Below, one piece after another: positions 25,634 through 42,372 of a stretch of 64,000 bases of DNA. Position 1 is the first letter of the stretch. Every line of letters starts with the position of its first letter. Under the pieces are notes generated by a model, which worked only from the letters and a program-made list of their open reading frames with translations, did no database searches and was not told where the DNA came from. The translations under genes and the position numbers were made by a program. Origin of the DNA: Macrostomum lignano (Eukaryota); assembly GCA_002269645.1 (NCBI GenBank), contig NIVC01002233.1:17306-81305 (forward strand). The letters run 5' to 3'.

Positions 25634-27034
25634 AGATTGTTTAAAATTTCGATTCACAAATCAGCAATCAGAAACGGATGGCTTAGCTTAGCTTCCAATT
25701 CAAGTTACTAGTTTAACTGGTTTTCTGGATTAGAAGTCCCTGGCCGATGTGAGGGCAAAAGTGCAAACCCTAGTAGGAGCAGTGACGTGTTGAGTTTAAT
25801 GAATCCAAGTTCACCCAGACTCACTCACTCACTCAACACACCCCCAAGCAACGAACTGGATCCGACATCTTAGTGCAGAGCGTATAGGGAAGGGAAATTC
25901 CGTTCCTTCTCTCCCCTGAATGCTCTAACCGGAGAGACCCTGAGCACTAGAGTGCGCCGATAAGCATAGAGACAAAACAGTGCACCAGACAATATTAAGA
26001 TAAAATTTCGCTAGCTAAGTTAATACCGAAAAGAAACTAGGAAAAACAGTGGATAATTAGACATTTGATAAAGCAGCCCATCACATCCCTAAACTGTGGA
26101 CCCTCATTTGGGTACCGGGTTGTTGGAGCCGCTACCTCCTTCATCTTCTCTCGATAGCTCCCTCTCTCTCCCACTACCTCTGCCACTCTTCCTCTCTCCC
26201 ATTTTATCTGTCTCTCCTCCTCTCTCTGCCCTTCGCATTCTACTCTCCCCCATTTCCTTTAGCCTCTCTTACTCTCTCCCTCTCACATTTTTCTCTTTCT
26301 CCCTCCCGCTCCCTCTGCCAATCTTCCTCCCTTTCCCTCTCGCCCGCCACACCCTCTTTCCCTCCGCTTTCTTCACGACCTTCCATAACCTTTATGCTCT
26401 TTTATGACCTCATATGTCTCTCGCACTGTCTTTCCCTTTCAAAGCCTGTTTGCGCACTGCACACGAGTCACCTCCTTTATTCCTGCCTGCCTTTTACTTA
26501 CCCATAGAGACAGCTGAGGTCAAGTTAAACGAGAAATAAAGAAACATTTAAACAAAATTCTGACGCAATACAATACTGGTAAATTGATTAGTTTATTTCC
26601 AACTGGTATTTATAATTGTAAGTAGTCCATGGCCCAATATTGAAATTTTGTATACAATAGATCTATAGATACGGAATGTCCCTAAACTGGGATAGCACGA
26701 CATTAGATATTAGTGTTTTGCTTAAAACTTCGACTAGTATTCTCCACAAAACAGTGCTATCCTTAATTTGCCCCGGAAAAGCTCAATTTTAAGGCTTCAA
26801 ATGTCAAAATGATAAAAAGATCATTAATGGAAGTGCAAACTGTTAAACTATGCAACTGCAACCATTAAAGCATGGGAAAGAGAGGGTATTAAACGCCTAC
26901 AGAATGCGTGGGGGCTTCTACAATACAGCCACAAAAAGTGCAACAAAAGCAGGCACTGGCAGTTGCACGCGCGAGAGGCACGCATTTCTAGTTTCAACTC
27001 AAAAATTGCCGCACAAGTACCCAACTGGCGCAAT

Positions 27035-28226
27035 AAGCCACTGAGGGGTTGCTATGATCTCCAACTCAAGAAGCCACTGAGGGGATTATTATCGGGATCT
27101 CCAACTCTGAGGGGATTATTATCGGGATCTCCAACTCAATAAGCCACCAAGGGGATTATTATCGGGATCTCCAACTCAATAAGCCACTGAGGGGATTATT
27201 ATCGGGATCTCCAACTCAATAAGCCACCAAGGGGATTATTATCGGGATCTCCAACTCAATAAGCCACTGAGGGGATTATTATCGGGATCTCCAACTCAAT
27301 AAGCCACCGAGGGGATTATTATCGGGATCTCCAACTCAATAAGCCACCGAGGGGATTATTATCGGGATCTCCAACTCAATAAGCCACTGAGGGGATTATT
27401 ATCGGGATCTCCAACTCAAGAAGCCACTGAGGGGATTATTATCGGGATCTCCAACTCAAGAAGCCACTGAGGGGATTATTATCGGGATTTCCAACTCAAG
27501 AAGCCACTGAGGGGATTATTATCGGGATCTCCAACTCAAGAAGCCACTGAGGGGATTATTATCGGGATCTCCAACTCAATAAGTCACCGAGGGGATTATT
27601 ATCGGGATCCCAACTCAAGAAGCCACTGAGGGGATTATTATCGGGATCTCCAACTCAATAAGCCACTGAGGGGATTATTATCGGGATCTCCAACTCAATA
27701 AGCCACTGAGGGGATTATTATCGGGATTTCCAACTCAAGAAGCCACTGAGGGGATTATTATCGGGATCTCCAACTCAAGAAGCCACTGAGGGGATTATTA
27801 TCGGGATCTCCAACTCAAGAAGCCACTGAGGGGATTATTATCGGGATCTCCAACTCAAGAAGCCACTGAGGGGATTATTATCGGGATCTCCAACTCAATA
27901 AGTCACCGAGGGGATTATTATCGGGATCCCAACTCAAGAAGCCACTGAGGGGATTATTATCGGGATCTCCAACTCAAGAAGCCACTGAGGGGATTATTAT
28001 CGGGATCTCCAACTCAATAAGCCACTGAGGGGATTATTATCGGGATTTCCAACTCAAGAAGCCACTGAGGGGATTATTATCGGGATCTCCAACTCAATAA
28101 GCCACTGAGGGGATTATTATCGGGATCTCCAACTCAATAAGCCACTGAGGGGATTATTATCGGGATCTCCAACTCAATAAGCCACTGAGGGGATTATTAT
28201 CGGGATCTCCAACTCAATAAGCCACT
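27035..28226. repeat. 40-bp minisatellite (GAGGGGATTATTATCGGGATCTCCAACTCAATAAGCCACT)n
   Basis: About 29 head-to-tail units with no unique spacers. The array starts ~30 nt after the NAT9 stop codon. Confidence 0.97.
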
Positions 28227-28254
28227 GTATGACAAGAAAATTGAGCATTTCTAG

Positions 28255-30518
<2,264 letters not shown>

Positions 30519-30614
30519 GCGGAATTATGCGGCACCGCCTGACTGCTAGCGAGCTGTCACTGAGTCAGCTGGTCTGTCAGGCAGCAATTGGCCAGGTTGG
30601 GCAGCTGCTAATGA

Positions 30615-31390
<776 letters not shown>

Positions 31391-31751
31391 AATTCATTTA
31401 ATTTCTCTAATTTCTGCCGCAGCTTTTAAGTTGATTAATTTTGAGCAAGCACGCCTAAAACTATTGTTAGAAAATTAATTGTCAGCTCGATCGATTTGAG
31501 TCAGCATAATGTACTCTAAGTTGCCTTAATACCGGAGATGAGGCACTAAACCTTAATAATGTTTATACAAGAAAAAAATCATCAAAAGACACTGAAGCAG
31601 CACATTATGAAACAAATTCTAAAAAAGCGAGTGCTCTTTATTTAGGCTAAAACTGACAAGCACAGAAAAATATAGAAGCAATGTGAATTTACTATTACAT
31701 GTGTATAATCACAGTTTTACTGGCAATTTATAGCAGCTGCCTTTCTGCACT

Positions 31752-33140
31752 CAGTCCGCGAGAATCTGCCTCTCTGCTCCCTCAGTCCGTGAGAATCTGC
31801 CTCCTCGCTCCCTTAGTCCGTGAGAATCTGTCTCTCCGCTCCCTCAGTCCGTGAGAATCTGCCTCTCCGCTCCCTCAGTCCCTGAGAATCTGCCTCTCCA
31901 GTCTCCCTCAGTCCCTGAGAATCTGCCTCCTCGCTCCCCCTCAGTCCCTGAGAATCTGCCTCTCCGCTCCCTCAGTCCGTGAGAATCTGCCTCTCCGCTC
32001 CCTCAGTCCCTGAGAATCTGCCTCTCCAGTCTCCCTCAGTCCCTGAGAATCTGCCTCCTCGTTCCCCCTCAGTCCCTGAGAATCTGCCTCTCCGCCCTCC
32101 TTCCCTCAGTCCATGCGAATCTGCCTCTCCGCCCCCCGCCCCTCAGTCCCTGAGAATCTGCCTCTCCGCCCCCCCCTCAGTCCCTGAGAATCTGCCTCCT
32201 CGTTCCCCTCTCAGTCCCTGAGAATCTGCCTCCTCGTTCCCCCCTCAGTCCCTGAGAATCTGCCTCCTCGTTCCCCTCTCAGTCCCTGAGAATCTGCCTC
32301 CTCGTTCCCCCCCTCAGTCCCTGAGAATCTGCCTCCTCGTTCCCCTCTCAGTCCCTGAGAATCTGCCTCCTCGTTCCCCCCCCTCAGTCCCTGAGAATCT
32401 GCCTCCTCGTTCCCCCCTCAGTCCCTGAGAATCTGCCTCCTCGTTCCCCCCTCAGTCCCTGAGAATCTGCCTCCTCGTTCCCCCTCTCAGTCCCTGAGAA
32501 TCTGCCTCCTCGTTCCCCCCTCAGTCCCTGAGAATCTGCCTCCTCGTTCCCCCCTCAGTCCCTGAGAATCTGCCTCCTCGTTCCCCTCTCAGTCCCTGAG
32601 AATCTGCCTCCTCGTTCCCCTCTCAGTCCCTGAGAATCTGCCTCCTCGTTCCCCCCTCAGTCCCTGAGAATCTGCCTCCTCGTTCCCCTCTCAGTCCCTG
32701 AGAATCTGCCTCCTCGTTCCCCCCCTCAGTCCCTGAGAATCTGCCTCCTCGTTCCCCCCTCAGTCCCTGAGAATCTGCCTCCTCGTTCCCCCCTCAGTCC
32801 CTGAGAATCTGCCTCCTCGTTCCCCCCTCTCAGTCCCTGAGAATCTGCCTCCTCGTTCCCCCCTCAGTCCCTGAGAATCTGCCTCCTCGTTCCCCCCTCA
32901 GTCCCTGAGAATCTGCCTCCTCGTTCCCCCCTCAGTCCCTGAGAATCTGCCTCCTCGTTCCCCCCTCAGTCCCTGAGAATCTGCCTCCTCGTTCCCCCCC
33001 TCAGTCCCTGAGAATCTGCCTCCTCGTTCCCCCCTCAGTCCCTGAGAATCTGCCTCCTCGTTCCCCCCTCAGTCCCTGAGAATCTGCCTCTCCGCTCTTC
33101 CTCAGTCCCTGAGAATCTGCCTCTCCGCTCTCCCTCAGCC
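31752..33140. repeat. ~31-37-bp minisatellite (CAGTCCCTGAGAATCTGCCTCCTCGTTCCCCCCT)n
   Basis: About 40 units with variable C-run length. Confidence 0.95.
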
Positions 33141-33906
33141 CTTGAATACGTTTTATAAACATCATAAACTTTGAGTGAAGAACTTAAACAATTTAAATTA
33201 TTCATCAGAAACCCCTACTGATCAAGTTTGATAACGGCGTCTATTATATAGGCAAGGAACGACTTGTACATTGTATACGTCAGCAAACAACAAATACAGT
33301 TTATAACCAGGAGAATGCAGAAAACACAATGAAAAATATTCAACAGTTTCAAAAAACAAATATTTTTTATGAATCAAAATATCTCGAAAATAGTTTATAG
33401 TTTACAACAAACGGTGCCTCCGATATTTGAAATTTTCAGGAAAAAACAGACAGTACAAAGCAATAAAATCTAATAAAACACCAAAAATTTGAGTATGGAT
33501 AGATTTACAAAAGATTCACAAAGATTAAGAAAGAAATCGATAATACGGTTCAGTATGCATGTGCAATTCTGTTGAAATAATTGTGCAACAACTCCTACAG
33601 CAAAAACAAAGTATATGGGCATTGCAATAAAATTAATTATTACATTTTGACTGATTGATAAATTAAACACAGCTAAGAGACAGGAAGGTAATATTTAGAA
33701 AGTGCTCAGATTCACTAAAATAAAAGGTAATATAGACAATGAAATTGATAAACCATCAGTAAAGCAAATAAATTCGTGTTACATGATAGAAACTTTAAAA
33801 GAAAAACTGGTCCTAAATAAAAACTATGGTGACTCTAAATTGAATGTCAAATCCTTGGAAATTTGCTAAACTTCAAAATCCTCCAAGATTCGTAAGCTCC
33901 GCTATT

Positions 33907-35487
33907 CTACTTAGAAGACACCGGAGTATCTCTCGCTGGGGCGGACCCGGCAGTCAGCGGGCAGTACTGAATGAAACTGTGCAGTGTGCGATCAAAGCCC
34001 AGCGACCATTTGAACAGGCGGCAGCAGGCCTCCAGTTTCTGGTCAAACTCGAACGGATAATGATAATAGAGCGAATCCACCAGGTGCTGATGGTAGCGCA
34101 GGCCTAAACGATTGCAGGCGTCAATCATTCGGCTATCGGTGATGTCGCAGTCCCGAAGCGGCAGGTACAGCAGCTTGGCAGCGCAGAACAATGCGATGAG
34201 TTCCGGCCGCATGTCCGTGACTTCTTGCAGCAGGCTGATGTAGGTTTCGCATTCGACCAGAGGCGTGTAGTCAACCAGGTGGCTGCTGGTGCTGCGCACC
34301 TGCGTTTTATCGGGTGAGGGATAGATATTAACGATTGCAGGCTTAGGGGCGATTCTATAGGGTAGCTGATGGGCCGATTCTATAGGGTAGCTAATGGGCC
34401 GATTCTATAGGGTAGATAATGGGCCGATTCTATAGGGTAGATAATGGGCCGATTCTATAGGGTAGCTATGGGCCGATTCTATAGGGTAGATAATGGGCCG
34501 ATTCTATAGGGTAGCTATGGGCCGATTCTATAGGGTAGATAATGGGCCGATTCTATAGGGTAGCTATGGGCCGATTCTATAGGGTAGATAATGGGCCGAT
34601 TCTATAGGGTAGCTATGGGCCGATTCTATAGGGTAGATAATGGGCCGATTCTATAGGGTAGCTATGGGCCGATTCTATAGGGTAGATAATGGGCCGATTC
34701 TATAGGGTAGCTAATGGGCCGATTCTATAGGGTTGCTCATGGGCCGATTCTATAGGGTAGCTATTGGGGCGATTTTATAGTATAGGGTAGCTAATGGGCC
34801 GATTCTATAGCTAGATAAAAGAGGGGTTATATAGGGTAGATAATGGAGTAATTCTAGCAAATAGCAAATAGCTAGATTCTATAGTATAGGGTAGCTAATA
34901 GGGCGATTCTATAGCATAAAGTAGCAAATAGGGTCACTAGTTCTATAGCTAGGGTAGCTAACAGGCGATAGTTAAGGACCAATGTTGCTCACAAAAACTA
35001 CTTACCAGATCGATAAAGAGCTGAATGGGGTGGCAGCTGATCTTACTGCCCCGGATGGTGAAGTAGAACTGCCTATCATCCTGGCAGTAGCCAGCGCAGG
35101 ACAGCGGGAACAGCACAGAATGCAGGCGGCACCTGAGCAGAGCCAGAAAATGCGGTTTCTCCAGCTGGTCTACCTGACGCAGACCCGCTATAAACCTGGC
35201 AACCTGATGAACGAAGGCTTCTAGCATGGCTACGCCAGTGTCATTAGCCGTTTGAATATCGCACAGCATCGTATCCGCAACCAGTTTTCTCAGTTCGACA
35301 AAGAAGTCAACTAAAAGTACATTGGCATAGCGATGATCCTCCGCGCCAGAAGCTTCGTTACAATTCGGCTCAGTGAATGAAGACGGCGGCAGTTTCGGTT
35401 CAGGCGACTGCAGGCGATGCCAGAGTCGAAGCAGGTGCTCGCTTTGGTCCGAGTCTCTGGCTGCGTCAGGTAGACGGGCCGGCTGAA

Positions 35488-35519
<32 letters not shown>

Positions 35520-35998
35520 AGCGGCGTCGGCCTGCGAATCGCCGAGGCGAATGATGAAACAGACGACGAAGACGAGCCCACAGACATCATCGTCGGCAGC
35601 GGTACTGAGGCTGAAGACGACGGCGATTTAGCAGACGGTTGGTACACCTGATCCGCCTTCTGGATGAGGTCGGCCTGCATGCCAACGGCGAAGCACTTGG
35701 CCAGCCGGCAGCCGGGGCACTTCTTCCTCGTAGCCAGACTGACCTCGCAGCCGCCTCGCCGAAAACTGCAGGCGAATCCAGCCTCGCCAAGTGTCTGCTT
35801 GTGCGCGTTACGACGAAAGAACGCTTTGCAAGACTCGCAGCTGATAACGCCAAAGTTATAATTCTCAGCCTTGCAGCCGCACACTAGGCAATAGCGTCGC
35901 ATTAGATCCGCCGGCGTTTTCGGGTGGCGACATTTTTTGCGATGAACAACGCCAGATTTAGTGATGTGCATTGGCCGCCTGTCTGGCAGCATAGCCAT
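33907..35998 (-). CDS. Nuclear hormone receptor, HR96/NR1J (DAF-12/NHR-8-like) group, ~461 aa; exons 35998-35006, 34299-33907
   Basis: C4 DNA-binding domain CLVCGCKAENYNFGVISCESCKAFFRRNA...CEVSLATRKKCPGCRLAKCFAVGM with P-box CESCKA. One phase-0 GT-AG intron. The ligand-binding domain is divergent. Confidence 0.88.
34345..34930. repeat. 24/25-bp alternating minisatellite (GGGCCGATTCTATAGGGTAG-ATAAT/CTAT) in the receptor intron
   Basis: Direct tandem array with a 49-bp higher-order dimer. Confidence 0.93.
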
Positions 35999-37054
35999 TA
36001 GTTGCTTTGGAGTTGTTGATTACAGCTGCAAAGATGACGAAATTCGCCTTTCTAAATTGAGGAATTTCACAATAGGGTTTCGCGGTAGCACGCTTGGTAA
36101 CTCAGAACTGACCTTTGATTATTTGCGCACTGCAAGTTGGTTCTGGACCTTGAAAAGCTTTTCTGCCACGGCTAACCCCAATTTATACAGAAACTGACTA
36201 GTGGTAGGGTTCGTCGCTGACACTCACGCTTCTCCTTTCTAGGCCGGTGGAAAAAAATTTCTGCCCTTCTCTTTATTGCAGAGCGGCGCAAACGCACACC
36301 CCCTATGTCCCCGGGTACTTTTGTACCCAGCCATGCCCAACTTGATTGGTCAGAATCATCCACCGCGTCTATTTGCGAGTGTGGGGGGAAGGGCCAGACA
36401 CAGGGTGCAAGTGTACAGCGTACTGCTTGAAGACCTTTCATGTAACTTTTTCTCTGTCTGCCCTCTCTATACATTATCACGCGATCGTGCCGCCATTGGC
36501 TGCGACAGCTGGGTACAAGTGCGAGACAGTTCTCTCCGCTCCCCTATACTCCCTCTGTCCCTTCCTCGGAACAACTCGCTCCATCCTTAGAGGACACACA
36601 AGGGTATCAAAAAGCCATAGTTTTTGGATTGGAAGGTGGCTGAAAATGTAACGAACACATAATAACAGAAATCTTTCCACTTGATGGGGCAGAGAACGAA
36701 CAAGACGAAACTCTAAACGCAATTGCAATTTTCAACTGACTGAAGTATCAAAGATTGCATAGCCAATTGCCGATTGAAAAAGTAGGTTAAAGTGCATAAT
36801 AGAGGACAGTGACTAGACGAGACGAGACGCAAATATTCAGACACTTCCCAAAACTAGTGGAGGAATTTTCCAGGATTAAGATTTGCACTTGCTCGAGTGC
36901 ATAACAATGCTTTGTATACGAATTGTAATTTCGAATGCGAGCCCGAGCATTTATTAAAAATCAATCAATGTGATAAAATTGGCTTTTATTGTATTGTATC
37001 TTTTTTTCAAAGCCTTCTTTTCACTGCATCATTTCTAACTCTCTCACCATCTCT

Positions 37055-37056
<2 letters not shown>

Positions 37057-37122
<66 letters not shown>
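37057..37122. repeat. (CT)n microsatellite
   Basis: Read directly from the sequence. Confidence 0.95.
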
Positions 37123-37124
<2 letters not shown>

Positions 37125-40100
37125 CCACTCTCGCCTGCATCTATTCCCCTCTAATTCGCATCTTTCTTCGTCCCCTCTCTTCTTGTTCTCTACCTAAAAC
37201 TTGAATGACTTTCACATGTATTTGCATTACAACGGAATGCCCTTCAGTTCAGTGTCATTGGAAGTTCTCAACAAGCCCATTTCACAAACACCACACGATA
37301 ACACTTATCAAATCGCGCCTTGTAAGAACTCTTAGATTTCATTATATGGAAAATAAAGCGCTTTGCCAAAGCTGGAGTTCGCTTAGCCCCACGCAACACT
37401 GGTCTGATAAGAGTTCGGGCGTGTTTGTTAGATTCGTTAAAGGCAGAGGGGTGGATTCTGGTGCACTTTAAGCGATATTTACAACCGGGCTCCGTCCGGC
37501 AAGAGGCATTGCTGGCAGCTGCCCATTCCACCGACCCTCCTGAGCAGGCACACAAGCGCGCGGATGCGTACGCAGTCATACGCACAGGTGCACACTCACA
37601 CAGGAGTGCACAACGGCCCCTAACGTTCATCGTTCATCCCTAACTTCACTGCGCCTTGGACGGTTGGCCCTCAAAAGGCGTTAATTGCACGAGCAGAGCC
37701 AAGCCGAGATTCCGATTTAGCCCAAAAATTAATGTGACTGCACTTGGAATCGAGCCTGGGCCATTGGAATCAGAGCGCCACGCTTAACTCGAGTAGTAAT
37801 TAAATGTATCAATGATCTAAACTTTAACAATTAGTCAGCTGTTGCTTTTACTAGCGGACCGCACAATCAGCCAGCCCGACACGCAAAGGCTGTGTTTATT
37901 CTCTGACACACCAAAGCTCGCGGTTGATTTAGTGACAATCCACATTTCATATATTTACTAACCCTATTAAGCAGCATTCTTTCTGTAGCCTAAAGAAAGA
38001 CTCGAGCTTTGTTGGTGAGATGGCCAATTTAATCGAGTAGATAGATATAGCAAACAGCTAGCAACCCCCCTCTCACACACACACATCTCACAAATGAGGG
38101 TATCCCATTTTTCAAAAGCAGCTAATAACAGGGGGCTTAATGGTAGGGTTAGGAAGGAAGTAAAGACAACAGCCCAAAAACATGGAGTTCAAAAGTATAG
38201 AATTTGGATAGAATATAGTTCGGGGTCTATTTTCCATAATCAGATATTTAAGATATTAAAACTCCATGGTCTTTTCTATAGAGACGCTCGAATATACATT
38301 CGAAACAATATGAGACAGAAGCTGGGGCATTCAAACAGCAAGACTGTAGTGGTAATAGTTCGCAATAAGAGTCTGGAAAGGAATTTCAAACAAAAAATAT
38401 ATGAATATATTCGAAAAGCAAAGACATAACGAGCGTACGATGACGTCAGCAAATTGCACAAACTGCGAGAGAGAGATAGAGAGGGGAGAGAGAAGTGGAC
38501 TCAAGTGAATCTGTAAGCGCACTTGTTTCATAGTTGCTACAACCACAAAACACCGACCTTTAAAGAACAAAAACAGCTAGGGGAAAAACAAAAATATTCT
38601 GTTTTCAAATTTCGCACACAGAATAACAACATAGCACTAAAGAATTCTGACTGGACTTTTCTCTCTCTCTCTAAAATTATACCGACGAACTGTTGGCAGT
38701 GATGAGTTATTAAAGCTGTTTACACCAGCACTACCTTGGCATTATAAAATAGATATTGAGACAAAAAACTTAGCAACACGCTTGACAACTACTCGTAGTT
38801 CAAGGATTTTTGTTGTTTATGCATGAAACAAAATATGCTTAGAGTTTTTAGGCAAGCACAACTTCAAAGTGCAAAATACTTAACGCCAACACTAACCTGC
38901 CCCACAGCGCCTGTGAGAACTGCCTCACCATTTCCTCTGTGAAACTGTCATCATCATTTCTGTGAACCTTTCATATCGCTGCCTGTGAACCCGTCTGACT
39001 GTATTTTCATTGAATGTGCCTCTTTTTATATATATCTGCCTCTCGAAATAAATCTGAATCTCCCTTGATTTACTTGTGTACTGTATGAATCTGTCCACAA
39101 TGCTGATTACATGTTTGTATATAGAAAATTTTTATGCTATGCTATGCTATGTTATGCTAACTATGCTATGTTATGCTATGTTGTTATTCTGTGTGCGAAA
39201 TTTGAAAACAGAATATTTTTATATTTTTCGTTAAAAAAGCCTTTCTTTTTCCTGCTCTTTCAACTCTCCAGTAATGGTAAAAAAAGTATATCGGATTGTC
39301 GACCTAATTTCTTCAAATTCTGCTCCTAAAAATTACAACCAGTATTGCATACACAATTTAATTTAGTGCACTGGCACTAGCCAAAAAAACTGTTGAACTT
39401 TTTAATGAAACACAATTTCCAATTGGCTAGATCATAAATGGTACAGTACACGCAGTCTAACTACTCAAAGTAGTAAGAATTGAGTAGAAGGGACACTAGC
39501 TTAATTAAAGGAAAAAGCACAGATAATATACTGTATTTGCACTCTGAATATCAACTCATGAAGAGTTAAGCTTTAGACTGAGATTAGATTGGCATTCGAG
39601 AATGATTTTCATGTTATTGCAGCAATAATAGATAGTGGCTTTGAGCCAGTGCTTGCTAGCTCTAGTGTACTCTAGCATAGGCCTACCTTGTGGTTTTCTC
39701 ACAAGGCACTAGTCATCAGAGCCTGTGAAGAATGACAAGACCAAACGATAAAATTGCTAGATTACAAGTTTTTTTAGTGATGAATTTGTGAATCATCTGG
39801 CCTAGGCATCGCAGGCAGCGAAATCTTTGCACCTGAAAAGACTAAATATCTACTGCCTTACAGAATACTGCCATTACCAGTTTATTAGATAAAAATGAAA
39901 CACAGTTGGAAGCAAAATAAATTGTCAATGTTTGAAATAAGCAGAAGGGGATAGGTGGCAAAGACAATTCAATTATTTAGATTCATGCTAGCACTAATCC
40001 AGAGAGTTGCACATTAAATCTGGGTCTGAGTTTCTTTTTGTACTTTAATGCTTCAAAATTAGACATAGAACACCAAGGTGTGCAGGCTAGTCAATGATCT

Positions 40101-40602
40101 CAAAGTTTTCAAGTACATCTTTCTTGACACAGTTGTCATATACAATGCTTACAAATTTTAATTTTTTAAGCCTTGCCTAGGCCTAGTCCAGTAAGTCTCA
40201 ATGACTAAAGTATTGATAGTAAAATATAGATATTAATAGATATGATACTATTCCAAACCCTGATCTGTCTACAAGACATCTCAATAGAAGCTCTAGTCTA
40301 TTGGTGCACACTGTGTATCCTTGATCTGACCTCTTGCAGGCTACATACATGGCAAAAAATCTGTGTATGCATGGTATATACTTAGGACTATAAGGTCATA
40401 ATTGTGTACTATATTGCCTTGGAATATCAAAATTAGAAAGGTATATATAGTTAAGATGGCAATTGACAATGATTTTATCTACTATGTTTTATCTGCTCCT
40501 TTGTGTCTACTAATATTCATTGAAAGTAATTTTGTACAATATTTCAATTTGGTCATTTTGTCTGCCATGCAAATTTTTAGACCTACAAGATATATAATAT
40601 GT

Positions 40603-41360
40603 TGCAGGCTCATTCCATATAAGATGGACATATTTGGAAAATAGAAAAAAGTCAATATTTTTGCTTGCCATTGCCTAATTAGCCTATTTTTTTACCAAAT
40701 GTTTATATTGTGCAATATATACAATCTAAGAATAAAGGAATGATAAAATGTTGGATTAGTATGTTATCAATTGGCAAAAAGTCATTTTTGTAAAAATTTG
40801 GACATTTTTCGAAGCAAAAGACATCATTAAGATTTTGTACCTTTTAAAAACAAATAGAAAGCTTTTGAAGGTTGAAACAAACTATAGATAAAAGTATAGT
40901 ACTTTCATCATCAGATAAAAGCATTGGTGACCAAATAATCTATTATATTTTTAATGTATTAGTACCTCAAAGTTACTGAATTGACAGAAAAAAATATGTT
41001 ACGACCATAATGTTACGACCATAAGGCTGCCTTTTCTTTTGTATCTTTGTTGCCTTTTGAGTTTATATATTCTAATAAAAGAGTATGCAAAATATCAAAA
41101 AATGAAAAATGTTATAAGACTTTTACCTTTTAGTTTCTAAATATATGTCAAAAATCCTGTCGTTACAACCATAAGTGTCATTTAAGGTTTAATAGCATCT
41201 ATACTAATGATGATATCTATATGAAACTCTATAAATATATTCTAGACAAAATAATCTTTCATTTAAAATATTGGTTTAGTATATTCTATTATTAGATTTC
41301 ATTTTATAAGTAAAAATAACCTGTCATGTTACGACCATGCTTATATGGAATGAGCCTGCA
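40603..41360. mobile_element. Non-autonomous DNA transposon relic (~750 bp) with terminal inverted repeats
   Basis: TGCAGGCTCATTCCATATAAG (40603-40623) is the inverse of CTTATATGGAATGAGCCTGCA (41340-41360). The motif TTACGACCAT is repeated internally. Confidence 0.7.
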
Positions 41361-42309
41361 GCACTTCAAGCTTTAAATAAAGAGTTATAGTCTTCATGGG
41401 AGCCTTTCCAATGATTCTTAGTTATCCTCAAATGTTGAAAACTAAAAAATGCATAATCAAGTATGTGAAAAAAATATATATGCACATATAGGATTGTATT
41501 TAATTCAGCAGATTCTCAAGTATTGTGCTTTGGATTGTATAGAAACATATTACTGATTGTGTTCTATCTATACATAAAATATAAGAGTATTGCAAAGATA
41601 TAGCATGCCTTTCATACAAATTCTATTAAAAAAGTTAATTACACGTAATTAGGCTTGTTTTAATAGTAGAACTACTAAAGGGAAAGAGAGATTCCCACCC
41701 TAACAATTTTTGCTGCACTAGAATAGAGCAACATAGGCACAAGAAATTTAGGAACATAGGCTAACTTTTGGCTGTGTACCTTCTCAAACAAGAATCAGTC
41801 TCCAAATTTCCAAATGTGCTTCTGAATATAAAGAAATCAAAAAACCAAAGCAAAATTATGCAAACATAAAAGAAATACAACTTTTGAAAAGAGAAAGTAA
41901 ATTTAAAAAATGAAAACTCAAAATTTAATGTCATATTGTTCATTTTTATAATTGTTTGCTTTTGTAGTAACATATATTTTTCAAGTGTTTTTAAGTAAAG
42001 TTACTTAACTTTGGGACCTTTGAGGCATTTAACCTAAAGTTTCAGAAACATTTTAGGTAATCATTGTTTAAGTATAATCATTACTTTGTTTTTTTTTCAA
42101 AATGCAAATGCAATGGACTTTACATGCACTATACATAGTAATGTAATCAAATTGCACAAACATAATGTCAGTTAGTATTAGTAATTGGAATTAGTTAGAT
42201 TAGATATATAAGAATTAAGTTCAATTCAATTCAGATACTAGATAGATTAGTATAAGCCCAAGCTAGATTGAATCTTGTCAGTAAATTATTGTACAGCACT
42301 ACTACAGTT

Positions 42310-42372
42310 ACTAATTAGATGACAAAACATTTTTGTCACTAAAAGGTGTCATAGTTACTCCCGCCGTTTACC
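42310..42372 (-). other. 28S rRNA-like fragment (probably an eroded copy of the same MITE family)
   Basis: The reverse complement reads GGTAAACGGCGGGAGTAACTATGAC (25/25 to the recalled 28S sequence) followed by ...GTCATCTAATTAGT. Confidence 0.75.

Noticed and set aside
27035-28226. 40-bp repeat array resembling CRISPR in unit length
   Set aside because: The units are head-to-tail with no unique spacers, the context is eukaryotic, and there are no cas genes.
30519-30609. A sloth1/SMIM4-like ORF upstream of BRAWNIN, as in Drosophila
   Set aside because: This leader has no ATG and no SMIM4-like sequence in any frame.
37400-37650. GC-rich island possibly from a retroelement 3' end
   Set aside because: Translations in all frames gave no convincing motif.
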